Shown here: positions 1 to 12,355 of the stretch, in pieces
Layout of the letters: the number at the start of each line of letters is the position of its first letter
Position numbering within the stretch: the stretch's first letter is position 1
NCBI RefSeq assembly: GCF_001194135.2
Contig: NC_068994.1
Coordinates: 8,485,169-8,549,168 of the forward strand
Reading direction: 5' to 3'
Length of the DNA stretch: 64,000 bases
Source of the DNA: Octopus bimaculoides
Taxonomy: Eukaryota
Position numbers and translations under genes: made by a program
Notes under the pieces: generated by a model
Told to the model about the DNA's origin: nothing
Database searches by the model: none
What the model saw: only the letters and a program-made list of their open reading frames with translations

Positions 1-126
1 ATATATAGACGTATATGTATGCATGTACGTATATACCTCTCTCTGTCTCTTACTCACACACGCACACACACTCAAACACTCAGAAACACACGTACACACA
101 TATATGCATGCATACATCTAAATGCA

Positions 127-128
<2 letters not shown>

Positions 129-164
<36 letters not shown>
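129..164. repeat. (CA)n microsatellite
   Basis: Direct reading. Confidence 0.95.
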
Positions 165-168
<4 letters not shown>

Positions 169-533
169 ATCATCGACACATACACGCACAGCTTTCTTTC
201 AGGTTCATTAAATCGACAAATTCCAAATCGTCTCATGCTACTTTCGCTACACATTAAGCTTTACATACTCACAGTAAAACACGTCTCCCAATTTGTATCG
301 GGGAAATTTCGTTGCTTCCCTGATAAATAATTTATTATCTTTGTTTTTACATCATTCCCCATTAGCCATTGATTGCTTTTTCCTGTAGTTTCTCAAAGAT
401 AGCAATCATCTTTTTAAGCGCAACACTGATGATTTCTTGTTTTTCTTCATTGGTGATGACTAATATTTATGTATTATTTATGTGCGATGTTTGTTTTTAT
501 TGCTGTTGCTTTCGCAGTGATAACGATAAGGAC

Positions 534-534
<1 letters not shown>

Positions 535-602
<68 letters not shown>

Positions 603-666
603 GATAATGACGATGATGGCGATGATGATGATGATGATGATGACAATAATAATGACCATAATAATG

Positions 667-703
<37 letters not shown>

Positions 704-716
704 TGAGGATAATGAC

Positions 717-776
<60 letters not shown>

Positions 777-877
777 AATGATTTCATTTATTTGCCACAA
801 GGGTGAAGGATAAAGGGGACAATACAAAGACAAACATGAAGTGTCAGGGTTTACATTTAGTGAAATGATAAAAGAAA

Positions 878-932
<55 letters not shown>

Positions 933-972
933 GTAATGGTGATGATGCTGACAATGACGATGATGATGATGA

Positions 973-1031
<59 letters not shown>

Positions 1032-1064
1032 ATAATAATAATAATAACAAGAATAATAATAAGA

Positions 1065-1112
<48 letters not shown>
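535..1112. repeat. Two compound trinucleotide blocks: (AAT)n/(GAT)n at 535-781 and (AAT)n/(GAT)n/(ACT)n at 878-1112
   Basis: Direct reading. These blocks explain the poly-N/D/I/M/L ORFs in the track. Confidence 0.95.
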
Positions 1113-1289
1113 TCTTCGTCATTTGTCTTTCATCTTTATGATGTTCCAATCCTTATCTATTGCGTACAGCAACTACGAACATACATGCATGCATGCATGT
1201 GCGTGCGTCTGTGTCTGTGTGTCTGTGTGTGAATGACTATAGTATTAACGCGTTTTTCTTTATCCTTGAAATCATTATCAAAAACAGCT

Positions 1290-1566
1290 TAATGACGATG
1301 ATAATGAAGAAGAAGAAAAAGATGACGATGTTGTTGATGACGATGATGATGATGACGGTGTTGGTGTTGGTGATGATGATGATGATGTTAATACTGATGA
1401 TGATTATGAACATTATCGTCACCGTCGTCATCATTGTGATAATCAGCGAAACGTAATTGCCGTCACAATCTTCTTCCCGCTCTTCGCTCCTCGACAGTTT
1501 CATCATCATCATCATCATCGTCCTTGCCACCACGACTACAACAACGTTACCACCACCACCACCACC
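1290..1566. repeat. Degenerate (GAT)/(CAT)/(CAC) trinucleotide low-complexity region
   Basis: Direct reading. Confidence 0.85.
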
Positions 1567-2179
1567 GCTATCAAAACAGGAATAATTTCTGAAGTATCTC
1601 CCGTTTGATTGGCTGTAATACTTGTCACCCTTGATGTCAGCAACATGTCTTATGTGTATTTTAAGCATTCGTTGTTTTTATTGTTGTCATCCGAAAGAAG
1701 AAAAGGAAAACGATGCTTTAATTATTATTTATCTTCCATTACTTAGGGGAAGACATTTTCCTTAATTGCTATCGATTTCTGCTTTCAATGCAGAAATTAT
1801 TTTCAAAACCGATTCGGGAAAGTCGAAAATGTCAGTTGAGGTTGCTAGAGGTCGTACAATAGAGAACGAATGAGCAGGACAAGAATAGCTAAGATTCTTT
1901 CTTATAGGAAAAGGATGAGGAGAATGGAGACCAAGAGATGAGGTGAAGGAATATACAAGGTTTCAAATATCGAAAATATTTTCTCAAATATGAACAATAA
2001 TTCCAGAATTGGCAGTATTACCAACTCCAAGACTTGCGCATATCCAAAGGGGCTGGTGAGTGTTGGTAAGTTCTACTAGAAGATAATGGCCAAATCTCAT
2101 TCAAAATACTCCATGGTGATTTAATCCATGTAGTACACATTGTATGAGATAATCTTAGCTATCTGCAACTGGCAGAAGA

Positions 2180-2583
2180 ACGGGAGAATTGCTATTCCTG
2201 AGAAAAGTGGTGTCGGATTGGTCCTGCAAAATTACTCGGACAAGTTAAATGCAAAATTGATGATATGGGCCAAAATGGTAGTTTGACGTTTATCGTCGAT
2301 TCTCTAGCGGATGAGGTACAGATGTCGGTATACTAAACAGATCTCTCCACAACCTCCACCTCGCAGGAGTCATCCTAAAATAGGTGAGTAATGAATCTGG
2401 CTAGGGTGAGGCCATGATTAATTTAGATCAATCGAAAGTTTTCGATCGGGTTGACCGTGAATACTTTGTGACTGTTTTTATGAAGGATGGTTTCAATCGC
2501 GTCTTCAGAGTTTGGATTACTGAAATGAAAAGGGACATCTGCGCGGTGACCACAATAAATGTCCAACTTTCAGAACCGTTCTC
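2180..2583 (+). mobile_element. Decayed Tx1/L1-like LINE reverse-transcriptase fragment
   Basis: Translates, with frameshifts and stops, to LNAKLMIWAKMVV*RL, VDSLADEVQ, RSLHNLHL and INLDQSKVFDRVDREY..INVQLSEPF. These match the L1/Tx1 RT motifs LLNxDxKILAK, RSIHDN and LDxxKAFDRV. Confidence 0.8.
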
Positions 2584-2611
2584 TCCGAGAGATTTAGAAA
2601 TATATTATTTC

Positions 2612-3035
2612 TAAATTTTCTTTCTTCCTTAACGCATACCTTGTTGTCGGCTGGGCATGCTATATCTATGGTCCAGCATAGTTTGCTTTCTTTCTCAATT
2701 AACACTATGTCTGGCTTCCTATTCTCCATCTCATGGTCACACTGAATCATAAAATCCCCTAGGATCTTTGCATTATTATTTTCGATGATGCCTTCGGGTT
2801 TGTGGTCGTACCAATTTTTTTCTCTGCCAAGTCCATAGTTGTCGCAAAGTGTCCAATGGACAAACCTTGCTATATTGTCGTGGGGGTCTCTTATACTCCT
2901 TCTGGGCTAGTAGCGTACATTGGCTGGTAATATGCCATACAGTTTCACCATTTTGTCCACAGATTCTGCATTTATCACTTTCTGATGTGTTGTCCATTCT
3001 GTATTTTATGTAGTTTGTTCTTAGTGCTTGCTCTT
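2612..3035 (-). mobile_element. R4/Dong-like non-LTR retrotransposon fragment (CCHC finger + restriction-like endonuclease)
   Basis: CRICGQNGETVWHITSQC zinc knuckle, QKEYKR(RHD), DFMIQCDHEMENRKPDIVLIEK, and IDIACPADNKVCVKEERK (PD..D..K nuclease). The 5' side runs into an N gap followed by (TTA)n. Confidence 0.85.
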
Positions 3036-3418
3036 NNNNNNNNNNNNNNNNNNNNNNNNNNNNNNNNNNNNNNNNNNNNNNNNNNNNNNNNNNNNNNNNN
3101 NNNNNNNNNNNNNNNNNNNNNNNNNNNNNNNNNNNNNNNNNNNNNNNNNNNNNNNNNNNNNNNNNNNNNNNNNNNNNNNNNNNNNNNNNNNNNNNNNNNN
3201 NNNNNNNNNNNNNNNNNNNNNNNNNNNNNNNNNNNNNNNNNNNNNNNNNNNNNNNNNNNNNNNNNNNNNNNNNNNNNNNNNNNNNNNNNNNNNNNNNNNN
3301 NNNNNNNNNNNNNNNNNNNNNNNNNNNNNNNNNNNNNNNNNNNNNNNNNNNNNNNNNNNNNNNNNNNNNNNNNNNNNNNNNNNNNNNNNNNNNNNNNNNN
3401 NNNNNNNNNNNNNNNNNN

Positions 3419-3467
<49 letters not shown>

Positions 3468-3495
3468 CATCATCATCATCATCATCATCATCATT
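3419..3495. repeat. (TTA)n then (TCA)n microsatellite
   Basis: Direct reading. Confidence 0.95.
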
Positions 3496-5704
3496 AACTT
3501 TGTATCCATTGTAAACTTTTAACTACAGAATGCAAAAAAATAATTTAATTCCGACTGACAGAAAATTACTTTCGTATTGCTATACACGATGAATACGATA
3601 TATCTATATTTATTGCATGTGTTTTATGTATAGTTTTGTTGTAAAGTTGTTTGAGACATAATATCAGTTACTTCTCTATGAATACATAAAGCGTTCTTTT
3701 CTTTTTTCCTTCTTCTTCTTTTGCACAATTTTCGTGATCTCAAGTTATATAATTCCAAGTTGACAACTTTGTCATAAATTTGCTTATGGCAAATAATTTT
3801 ATAGGTACACCCTAGGCAATGAAACGTCAATTGCGAAGCATTCATCGATTTATTTGTCGACAAATTTATAGAATATTTTTCTTGTCTTCTATATTTGATT
3901 CATCTGTCAGTTGCGTTCAGTAACTGGTCAAGAAAATACTGATGTGACTCACTTTGCCAGAGGTTTCTGTAATTTCGTAATGTTGTTCATCAATTCATTT
4001 CAAATTTGGAACATACTTTGTCATTTTGGCATTTATAATCCTTGTGATTTAGGATTTTTACAACTAGTGATTATGGAATTCGTAATAATCCCTTTGGGGG
4101 AGGCGGATTTATTTTATAAATTCTGATTAAATGGTCTATATATTTGCAAAGTCGACATGTTTCAGAGTCTTCGAGAATCTAAATGCATTTTTCTTAGAAG
4201 ATATTGCTCTCGTTCCTAAGCAGCAAATAAAAGCTTATTGAAGTATGTTTTGATCAACTTAATATCGATAAAATCACAATATGCAAATCACGAACAGGCT
4301 GGCTGGTTGCTTCAGACATTTGACATATGTCAAGAAGTGACTTCATATTCTTCTCAGCAAACAATTCTGCTAATACTACAGCCGCAGCCGCGGTCGTCGT
4401 CGTCGTCGTTGTTGTTGTTGTTCTTGTCACTTAGTCCCGGACCGTCCTCGATCATATAGATATACGATGGAACAAATCCACGTATCTAAAGCTACACTAT
4501 CCAATGTATACTACTGGTGGTATAGTAAGTTGTTTAATGAAATTTTGATTGTTGTTTCCAGCCTACGAAGGCTGTCCCTCGTTTGCTAGTAGCTTCTAAT
4601 ATTTCGTCCCAGATGGGTCCTAATATAACTAGCTGACAAAAACAACGCTCCAGAAATGACCATATAATGTAAAATTTTAGGATGACCATATAATGTAAAA
4701 TTTTATGTAATGTGTCCCTTTAGATTTTTAAGACTTTTAAGAACTTTCTGAATTCCCATATGCCTAAATGTGAACGTCAAATTTGGAATATATATTCCTA
4801 AAACATATTCAGCACTACAAAATTCTAAACAGAGGTCATGGTTGTTTTAACTTGAGTAGTGGCTGCCTAAGCGACCTGCAAGAAGTAGAGACAAAGCTAA
4901 TCTTGGCAGTATTTGAATTCAGAAGATAAAGCATGATAACTAAATACTAGTAGGCGTTTTGTCTCTTGATCTATCGACGGAGGGGACAGTAAAATGCCGG
5001 ACGTTATGACAATTTTCCCGTTCCGTGGTGGCAGACCCTTCATCTGAGATGCCACATAAATGTAACACCTTCTCTAGCAACATCTTGGTGTGGTCAACTA
5101 CCGTCAAGCTGTCTAAGTATCGGTCGCTTTCCGACAGTTTTACGGTCGAAGCTGAGGCAGTGGAGACCACAGTTGTTCTTGGCTCCCGGGCCATATTCCT
5201 GCTTACCACTATCGGGGCAGAGATGGTTGTCTGCAAGTGCAAGCCTTGTGAGTTAGAGTGGCTGTTTCAGTGCATCTTCCTCGCAATCCTTCGGAGCAAC
5301 ACATTTCCCAATTTGTTTGTTGGTGCCAGGAAAGTAATTTATGACAACGTTTAAGCGGAGATGTCACGAAAGAGCTTCGTAGAGTACCAATCTAAAACCA
5401 TCTGCTATAGTTGTGTATTTATATGTAGATATAATATATTTCTTTCTCTTCTATCTCGTTAAGAGGAAGGGAGGTAAGAAAAAGAGGCAAATGACGTTTC
5501 AAGTGATTATGACGTAACAATAACAATTTGAAAAAAATTTTCTTTTAATTGTGATGTCTTTGAGATTTAAGTTACAAGAATCAATATGACCAAAATTCAA
5601 ATCTGGAAAAAATTCCTGTTCTAAATACACACATACTGACACACATTAACACACTAATACATACATACATCTTCAGACACACATATAAATATACTCACGC
5701 ACAT

Positions 5705-5746
<42 letters not shown>

Positions 5747-5892
5747 NNNNNNNNNNNNNNNNNNNNNNNNNNNNNNNNNNNNNNNNNNNNNNNNNNNNNN
5801 NNNNNNNNNNNNNNNNNNNNNNNNNNNNNNNNNNNNNNNNNNNNNNNNNNNNNNNNNNNNNNNNNNNNNNNNNNNNNNNNNNNNNNNNNNNN

Positions 5893-5925
<33 letters not shown>

Positions 5926-6088
5926 CATTATTTACATTATTTACATTTGACGGATTTTTCTCCCCTTCTTGAATATAGGGATGTTTGCATATCTATGTGT
6001 GTCAGTATATTACCTATCTATGCATAGGGCTTGAATACCTCTATCCTAAGCACATCTAATTTGAACAGACATAATTCAGAAAGCTGTT

Positions 6089-6390
6089 TTAGTGTAATGG
6101 TATAACAACTGTTGGCATGGCCATTTGATCCAAGTTGCGAGAATCGCGTTTAGATTCCCATTTTGTTTTTTGTTTATTTTTTTTCGTTTCAGGCGCTTTG
6201 TAACTTTATGTACCACGAATTATAATTTATAGCTGGATTGGTCTTCGAGATCCATCGACCATAGAAGTTTTATTTACTCTTTACGATCCAAAATTTCGTT
6301 CGTTTTATTTTGGGTAATTATGAACACAGATGGAATGTTTTTGATCATAAGCCTGGTTGATGATCAGGGCGGACCTGGTGTTAAACAATA
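6089..6390 (+). mobile_element. Degenerate tRNA-headed SINE (family H)
   Basis: Box-A-like tagtgtaatggta and box-B-like tttagattccc, followed by a body ending in ggacctggtgttaaacaa. Only one copy is recognised in the window. Confidence 0.35.
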
Positions 6391-7389
6391 TCACAAAACA
6401 TCGACGAACAAAATAATTTGAATTAATATCAATGGCCGATCTCTTTATTTATTTATTTATTTATTTGTTAGTTTAACGTTTTGCTTGTTGTGGATCTTTG
6501 ATCATGTGTTTTGATGGCAGGATGAGAGTTTTCATGTAATATGCTTTTTAGTATCGGATTATTTGCATTTCTTTAATATCTTCTTTTGTTTATGCGAGTA
6601 AGCTGAGCTGAAATGTGCTTTCAGAATATAGTTCTCCGTTGTTTTACGCTAATTTAATTGATTCTGTTGGCCCTTTTCAATGCAGCTTTAATTAATCGTG
6701 TTTGTCGTAATACAATGCATTACAAATTTGCCTCACCATTACGAAGGATTTCATGAAAATTTAATCCCTCTTCTCAAATATAACTCTTTCAAGTGAAGCC
6801 TTTTTATGAACTATATTACATTAAAGCTTTCCACATTAATATACTGCATTGTAAATGAGCAATTTTAATGCCTTTGGAAGACTTGTTTCTAAAGCAATAC
6901 AATTTACAAGGATTATATTAAGGGACTTGCACATTATTTTCAGGTTCGATAAAATAATTACTAGTCAAGAATTAGATTAGATCTGATCGTTTACTCTCCA
7001 TTCTTCGACAAAATTGCTGGCATTGTGATTAAGTTGGAAATCATATTAGTGTCCTCATGCATTTATACTTCATAAAGACATCTGGGATCTTGCTGTTGTG
7101 TACACAGGCATCCTAGAGAGTATTTTGTACCTCCCGGAGTCTGTAGAAATCGACAGTGTTCGTTTTCTCTATAGGCTTTCTAAAATCATTGAGGCTGAAG
7201 TCAATGATTTCCTTGCAAGAAATCTCTTAGTTGAAAGACAATTTCTAGGAGTCCGATGCTCTGTCGGGCTGAGAGGAAAGTACTAACCACTCGACTAATT
7301 AGTATAACGTCGCTCAAAAGACAATTTTCAGTTTCTGGTCCGCGAGCGTCCTCTCTTCTCTCTGTGTCTTTGTACTGTTATTATAAAAA

Positions 7390-7665
7390 CTTTTTCTATT
7401 ATAGGACCCAAGGTCTGAAATTTTGGGAAGCTAGCTAGTCGACCTCAGTGCTCTGTTCTTATTTTATCGACTTCGAAAGGACAAAAGGCAAAATCCATCC
7501 CAGCAAAATTTGAGTCGGAAGATATGGTGCTAAGCAATTTGTCCGGGACTCTAACGATTCTGCTACATCATCGCTTTCGAGGAGGCGACTCGGCTGATAT
7601 TGACTCCAAAACGATGAAAAGCAAAGTCGACCTCGGCGGAACTCAGAAATACCGCTATGCATCTC
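7390..7665 (-). mobile_element. Two degenerate family A SINE fragments
   Basis: Contain ttatcgacttcgaaaggacaaaaggcaaa, ctaacgattctgc and gcaaagtcgacctcggcggaactcag, which match the other family A copies in reverse. Confidence 0.65.
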
Positions 7666-8289
7666 CATTTAATCATTTCTGATCCACTCCTCACACCTCT
7701 CATTACAATTATCATCTCGAACTCCTTCAAACCCCGGATTAATCCCTACGCCTAGAACTTTCTTTCTTTCAACAACATCTGCCCTCTGGAAATTACTTTT
7801 CGACTAATATATTTGCCGTAGGTATTAACTTATAAATGTTCAAGAAAGACATCATTGGCATCAGTCTGACAGGTTTAAAAAAGCCTGCAGAGAAAATGGT
7901 CACTACCCCTTTCTAGAGACCTAGCAAGTAACAAAAGAATATAATTTACACCACAAAAGTGTCCTGTTTGTGTTACCTATTTTGACCCTCCGCAAAATCC
8001 AAAATTTTATTTAATTTGACTAGAAAAACAGCCAACAACTGATGAAGGGTCGTTCTTTATATATATATATATATATATANNNNNNNNNNNNNNNNNNNNN
8101 NNNNNNNNNNNNNNNNNNNNNNNNNNNNNNNNNNNNNNNNNNNNNNNNNNNNNNNNNNNNNNNNNNNNNNNNNNNNNNNNNNNNNNNNNNNNNNNNNNNN
8201 NNNNNNNNNNNNNNNNNNNNNNNNNNNNNNNNNNNNNNNNNNNNNNNNNNNNNNNNNNNNNNNNNNNNNNNNNNNNNNNNNNNNNNNNN

Positions 8290-8461
8290 TTTAGTCGAGC
8301 AAATCGACTCCAGAAGTTATTCTTTGTAAGCCTAGTACTTATTCTATCGGTGTTTTTTGCCGAACCGCTAAGTTACGGGGACGTAAACACATCAGCAGCT
8401 GTTGTTAAGCGATGTTGGTGGGGGGACAAACATAGACATAGAAACATATACACACACACAC

Positions 8462-8492
<31 letters not shown>

Positions 8493-8588
8493 TATATATA
8501 CGACGGGCTTCTTTCAGTTTCTGTCTACCAAATCCACTCACAAGGCTTTGGTAGAAGACACTTGCTCAAGGTGCCACGCAGTGAGACT
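8290..8588 (-). mobile_element. Family B composite SINE, both ends lost in N gaps
   Basis: Reverse complement matches 43332-43577 (ccttgggcaagtgtcttctac, ggaaactgaaagaagcccgtcg). Includes the internal (CA/TA)n spacer and the tail module. Confidence 0.9.
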
Positions 8589-9579
8589 NNNNNNNNNNNN
8601 NNNNNNNNNNNNNNNNNNNNNNNNNNNNNNNNNNNNNNNNNNNNNNNNNNNNNNNNNNNNNNNNNNNNNNNNNNNNNNNNNNNNNNNNNNNNNNNNNNNN
8701 NNNNNNNNNNNNNNNNNNNNNNNNNNNNNNNNNNNNNNNNNNNNNNNNNNNNNNNNNNNNNNNNNNNNNNNNNNNNNNNNNNNNNNNNNNNNNNNNNNNN
8801 NNNNNNNNNNNNNNNNNNNNNNNNNNNNNNNNNNNNNNNNNNNNNNNNNNNNNNNNNNNNNNNNNNNNNNNNNNNNNNNNNNNNNNNNNNNNNNNNNNNN
8901 NNNNNNNNNNNNNNNNNNNNNNNNNNNNNNNNNNNNNNNNNNNNNNNNNNNNNNNNNNNNNNNNNNNNNNNNNNNNNNNNNNNNNNNNNNNNNNNNNNNN
9001 NNNNNNNNNNNNNNNNNNNNNNNNNNNNNNNNNNNNNNNNNNNNNNNNNNNNNNNNNNNNNNNNNNNNNNNNNNNNNNNNNNNNNNNNNNNNNNNNNNNN
9101 NNNNNNNNNNNNNNNNNNNNNNNNNNNNNNNNNNNNNNNNNNNNNNNNNNNNNNNNNNNNNNNNNNNNNNNNNNNNNNNNNNNNNNNNNNNNNNNNNNNN
9201 NNNNNNNNNNNNNNNNNNNNNNNNNNNNNNNNNNNNNNNNNNNNNNNNNNNNNNNNNNNNNNNNNNNNNNNNNNNNNNNNNNNNNNNNNNNNNNNNNNNN
9301 NNNNNNNNNNNNNNNNNNNNNNNNNNNNNNNNNNNNNNNNNNNNNNNNNNNNNNNNNNNNNNNNNNNNNNNNNNNNNNNNNNNNNNNNNNNNNNNNNNNN
9401 NNNNNNNNNNNNNNNNNNNNNNNNNNNNNNNNNNNNNNNNNNNNNNNNNNNNNNNNNNNNNNNNNNNNNNNNNNNNNNNNNNNNNNNNNNNNNNNNNNNN
9501 NNNNNNNNNNNNNNNNNNNNNNNNNNNNNNNNNNNNNNNNNNNNNNNNNNNNNNNNNNNNNNNNNNNNNNNNNNNNNNN

Positions 9580-9656
<77 letters not shown>

Positions 9657-9800
9657 TATATGTGTATACATATATATATATGCATATATATATAATTGAG
9701 TATATATATGTATATATATGTATTTACACACACATACATACACTGTCGCATACACAAATATGTACACAAACCACACACACACACACACATACATACATGG
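9580..9800. repeat. (TA)n / (CA)n microsatellite block
   Basis: Direct reading, adjacent to a gap. Confidence 0.9.
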
Positions 9801-10555
9801 ATGTATGCATATAATCCTTATATAATGTAATCCTATTACAAAGAATATGATATTCCTTAAAGAGATACTACGAATCAGATCGCAGACAGAAGCTGGGGAG
9901 AAAGCGGTCTCTTATCTATGTCTGGCGAAATCTTATGTCTCTGTTCACCTATATACAGTACATGAGGATTACTTGCCTTTCGTTGTGACATGTAGAAGTA
10001 AGATCAATTGATAATATACTAAATGTTCGTAGTTTGAAGAAATTGCTGCTTTTCTGTATCGATGAAAATAAGATTTCTTTGATCGAAAATAAATTTTCGT
10101 TTGTTGATTTATCGTGCGAAAGTGCAAAATTGAAGGTTTTGGGCGTTTGTTTTTTCTTGTTTGGAGAAGGGAAGAGAGGAAGAGAGGGAGAAAGAAAGAC
10201 AAGAAGAAAGAACGAAGGACTGAGAGTGGCAGCGGGAGTGGTGGGAAACTATGACCACCTGTTACACACGGTGCAAAGTCTCGGATGAAAAGATTAAAAA
10301 GAGGAGTGGTGTAGAATGGCAGATGAGAAAAGAGAGGTGGGTTACTGTGTGAGTAGAGAGGGAAGGAAGTGCACGATGTGGGAGGGCGTTGTGTACGAAA
10401 GAGAAGTGGAAAACATTTGTAACAAGACGAGGGTGAGTAGAAATGGGATTGACATGGTGAAGCCAAGGTACGTGATGAGTAAGAAAGTACGAAAGCAAGA
10501 CAAAGAGTTGAAGGGAAAAAAAGATTCATATAAATATGACCACACACACACGCGC

Positions 10556-10596
<41 letters not shown>

Positions 10597-10998
10597 NNNN
10601 NNNNNNNNNNNNNNNNNNNNNNNNNNNNNNNNNNNNNNNNNNNNNNNNNNNNNNNNNNNNNNNNNNNNNNNNNNNNNNNNNNNNNNNNNNNNNNNNNNNN
10701 NNNNNNNNNNNNNNNNNNNNNNNNNNNNNNNNNNNNNNNNNNNNNNNNNNNNNNNNNNNNNNNNNNNNNNNNNNNNNNNNNNNNNNNNNNNNNNNNNNNN
10801 NNNNNNNNNNNNNNNNNNNNNNNNNNNNNNNNNNNNNNNNNNNNNNNNNNNNNNNNNNNNNNNNNNNNNNNNNNNNNNNNNNNNNNNNNNNNNNNNNNNN
10901 NNNNNNNNNNNNNNNNNNNNNNNNNNNNNNNNNNNNNNNNNNNNNNNNNNNNNNNNNNNNNNNNNNNNNNNNNNNNNNNNNNNNNNNNNNNNNNNNNN

Positions 10999-11197
10999 TA
11001 TATATATATATATATATACATACATATATGTATATACACGCACATATACATATATGTGCATATATATATATATATATACATATATATACATATATATACA
11101 TATATACATATATATACATACATATATACACACACACATATACATACATATACATATATATATATATACATACACACACACAAAGAGGCACACACAC

Positions 11198-11251
<54 letters not shown>

Positions 11252-11252
11252 T
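10999..11252. repeat. Degenerate (TA/CA)n microsatellite
   Basis: Direct reading. Confidence 0.9.
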
Positions 11253-12027
11253 TATAATAGCGTTTACAAAGTGAGGAGGGTGAAGAGAGAGCGATACGAA
11301 TTACAGCCGATCGTGATATTAAAAAACAAAAGAAATGAATGGTGAGAACAAAACATAATGAGCCTGGGAAATGAGAAGAATGGTCGGACTAGTGGCAACA
11401 TAATATTTCCAAACGCGAAACGTATACTAATTTACGCGTTTTACTTCCGTCCACTTCAGGCCAACCCATCACTCTCGTCAAATTCCACGCTATTAGGCCG
11501 TCTTATGCTTTTTGTCTCTCTCTCTCTCCAGCCACATCTATATTCCTACATCACTCCTCAGTTTTACTATTTCTATAAGATCTCTTTATTCTCTCATTTA
11601 TTCCAAGTCTAAAATATTGGATTTGTTCACTCGTTAGGACAAATGTTTTTCTTATACAAATTTAAATAAAGTGATAATAGCTAAACACAGTTACTTCTAA
11701 TGATCATGGGTTTCATGGACCATAACGAAGCCGAATTAATGAAGGAGACAAATTGATAGGGAAGTTCTCTGTGTATCTCTCAGAAATAGAAGCTATAAAT
11801 TCCTAAAATCTCAACGCTACTATCTTAACAGAGAAGAAACTAATAAATAACGTAATCCTAGATAATTCTATATGTGAATAAAAGACAAGTGTGATCAGTG
11901 CCAGAATGCTTTCATCAAGGCTCTAGTCTCTCTCTATCAGAGCTGATGTGAGGATAAAGTATGACAACAGCAGCAAAGAAATAGAGTAGAAGGGCAAAAA
12001 TTAATTCACTACGTCGTCGAATAATCC

Positions 12028-12212
12028 TTTGGGGGAGCGGGTTAGTCGATTACATCGATTCCAGTGTTCCACTTGTACTTATTTCATCGACCCCGAAAGG
12101 ATGAGAGGCAAAGTCGACCTCGGTAGAATATGAAAGCAGAGCGTAAAGACGGACGAAATGCGGAAGCATTTAAGCCCGGCGTGCTAACGATTCTGCCACT
12201 CACGCCGCCTTA
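12028..12212 (-). mobile_element. Family A tRNA-headed SINE
   Basis: Reverse of ggcggcgtgagtggcagaatcgttagcac...gtcgactttgcctctcatcctttcggggtcgatgaaataagtac; homologous to 41854-42082. Confidence 0.9.
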
Positions 12213-12230
12213 AGTAAGTCGTCTGATAAT

Positions 12231-12355
12231 CTTTTCTACTAAAGGCAAAGACCAGAAATTTGGTGGGGAGGGAACTACTCGATTACATTGACCACAGTGT
12301 TTCAGTGGTACTTAATTTATCGGCTCAGAAATGCAAAGTCGACCTCGGCGGAACT
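12231..12355 (-). mobile_element. 5'-truncated family A SINE
   Basis: Core and tail (cttttctactaaaggc...gtcgacctcggcgg) resemble 46458-46675. Confidence 0.8.

Noticed and set aside
369-1668. Poly-N/D/I/M/L/S ORFs
   Set aside because: Translations of trinucleotide microsatellites, open on both strands, with no domain content.
4656-4705. 24-bp direct repeat, plus similar 10-14 bp duplications near 27740 and 62620
   Set aside because: Two-copy slippage duplications with no spacer array. Not CRISPR-like and ordinary for this genome.
4940-5354. Overlapping 100-109 aa ORFs in a GC-richer patch
   Set aside because: No recognisable host domain. There is only a faint, unconvincing resemblance to a decayed LINE ORF2 C-terminus, so it is left unassigned.
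8036-8058. CTGATGA followed by a possible stem (agggtcgttctt)
   Set aside because: No GAAA or cleavage triplet follows; the sequence runs into (TA)n and a gap.
8350-11345. Long ORFs (300-450 aa) in the ORF track, and similar ones at 2985-3522, 12419-12881, 37265-37669, 52248-53010 and 60308-61030
   Set aside because: They consist of X from N gaps plus YI/HT/CV dipeptide runs from microsatellites, so they are not genes.
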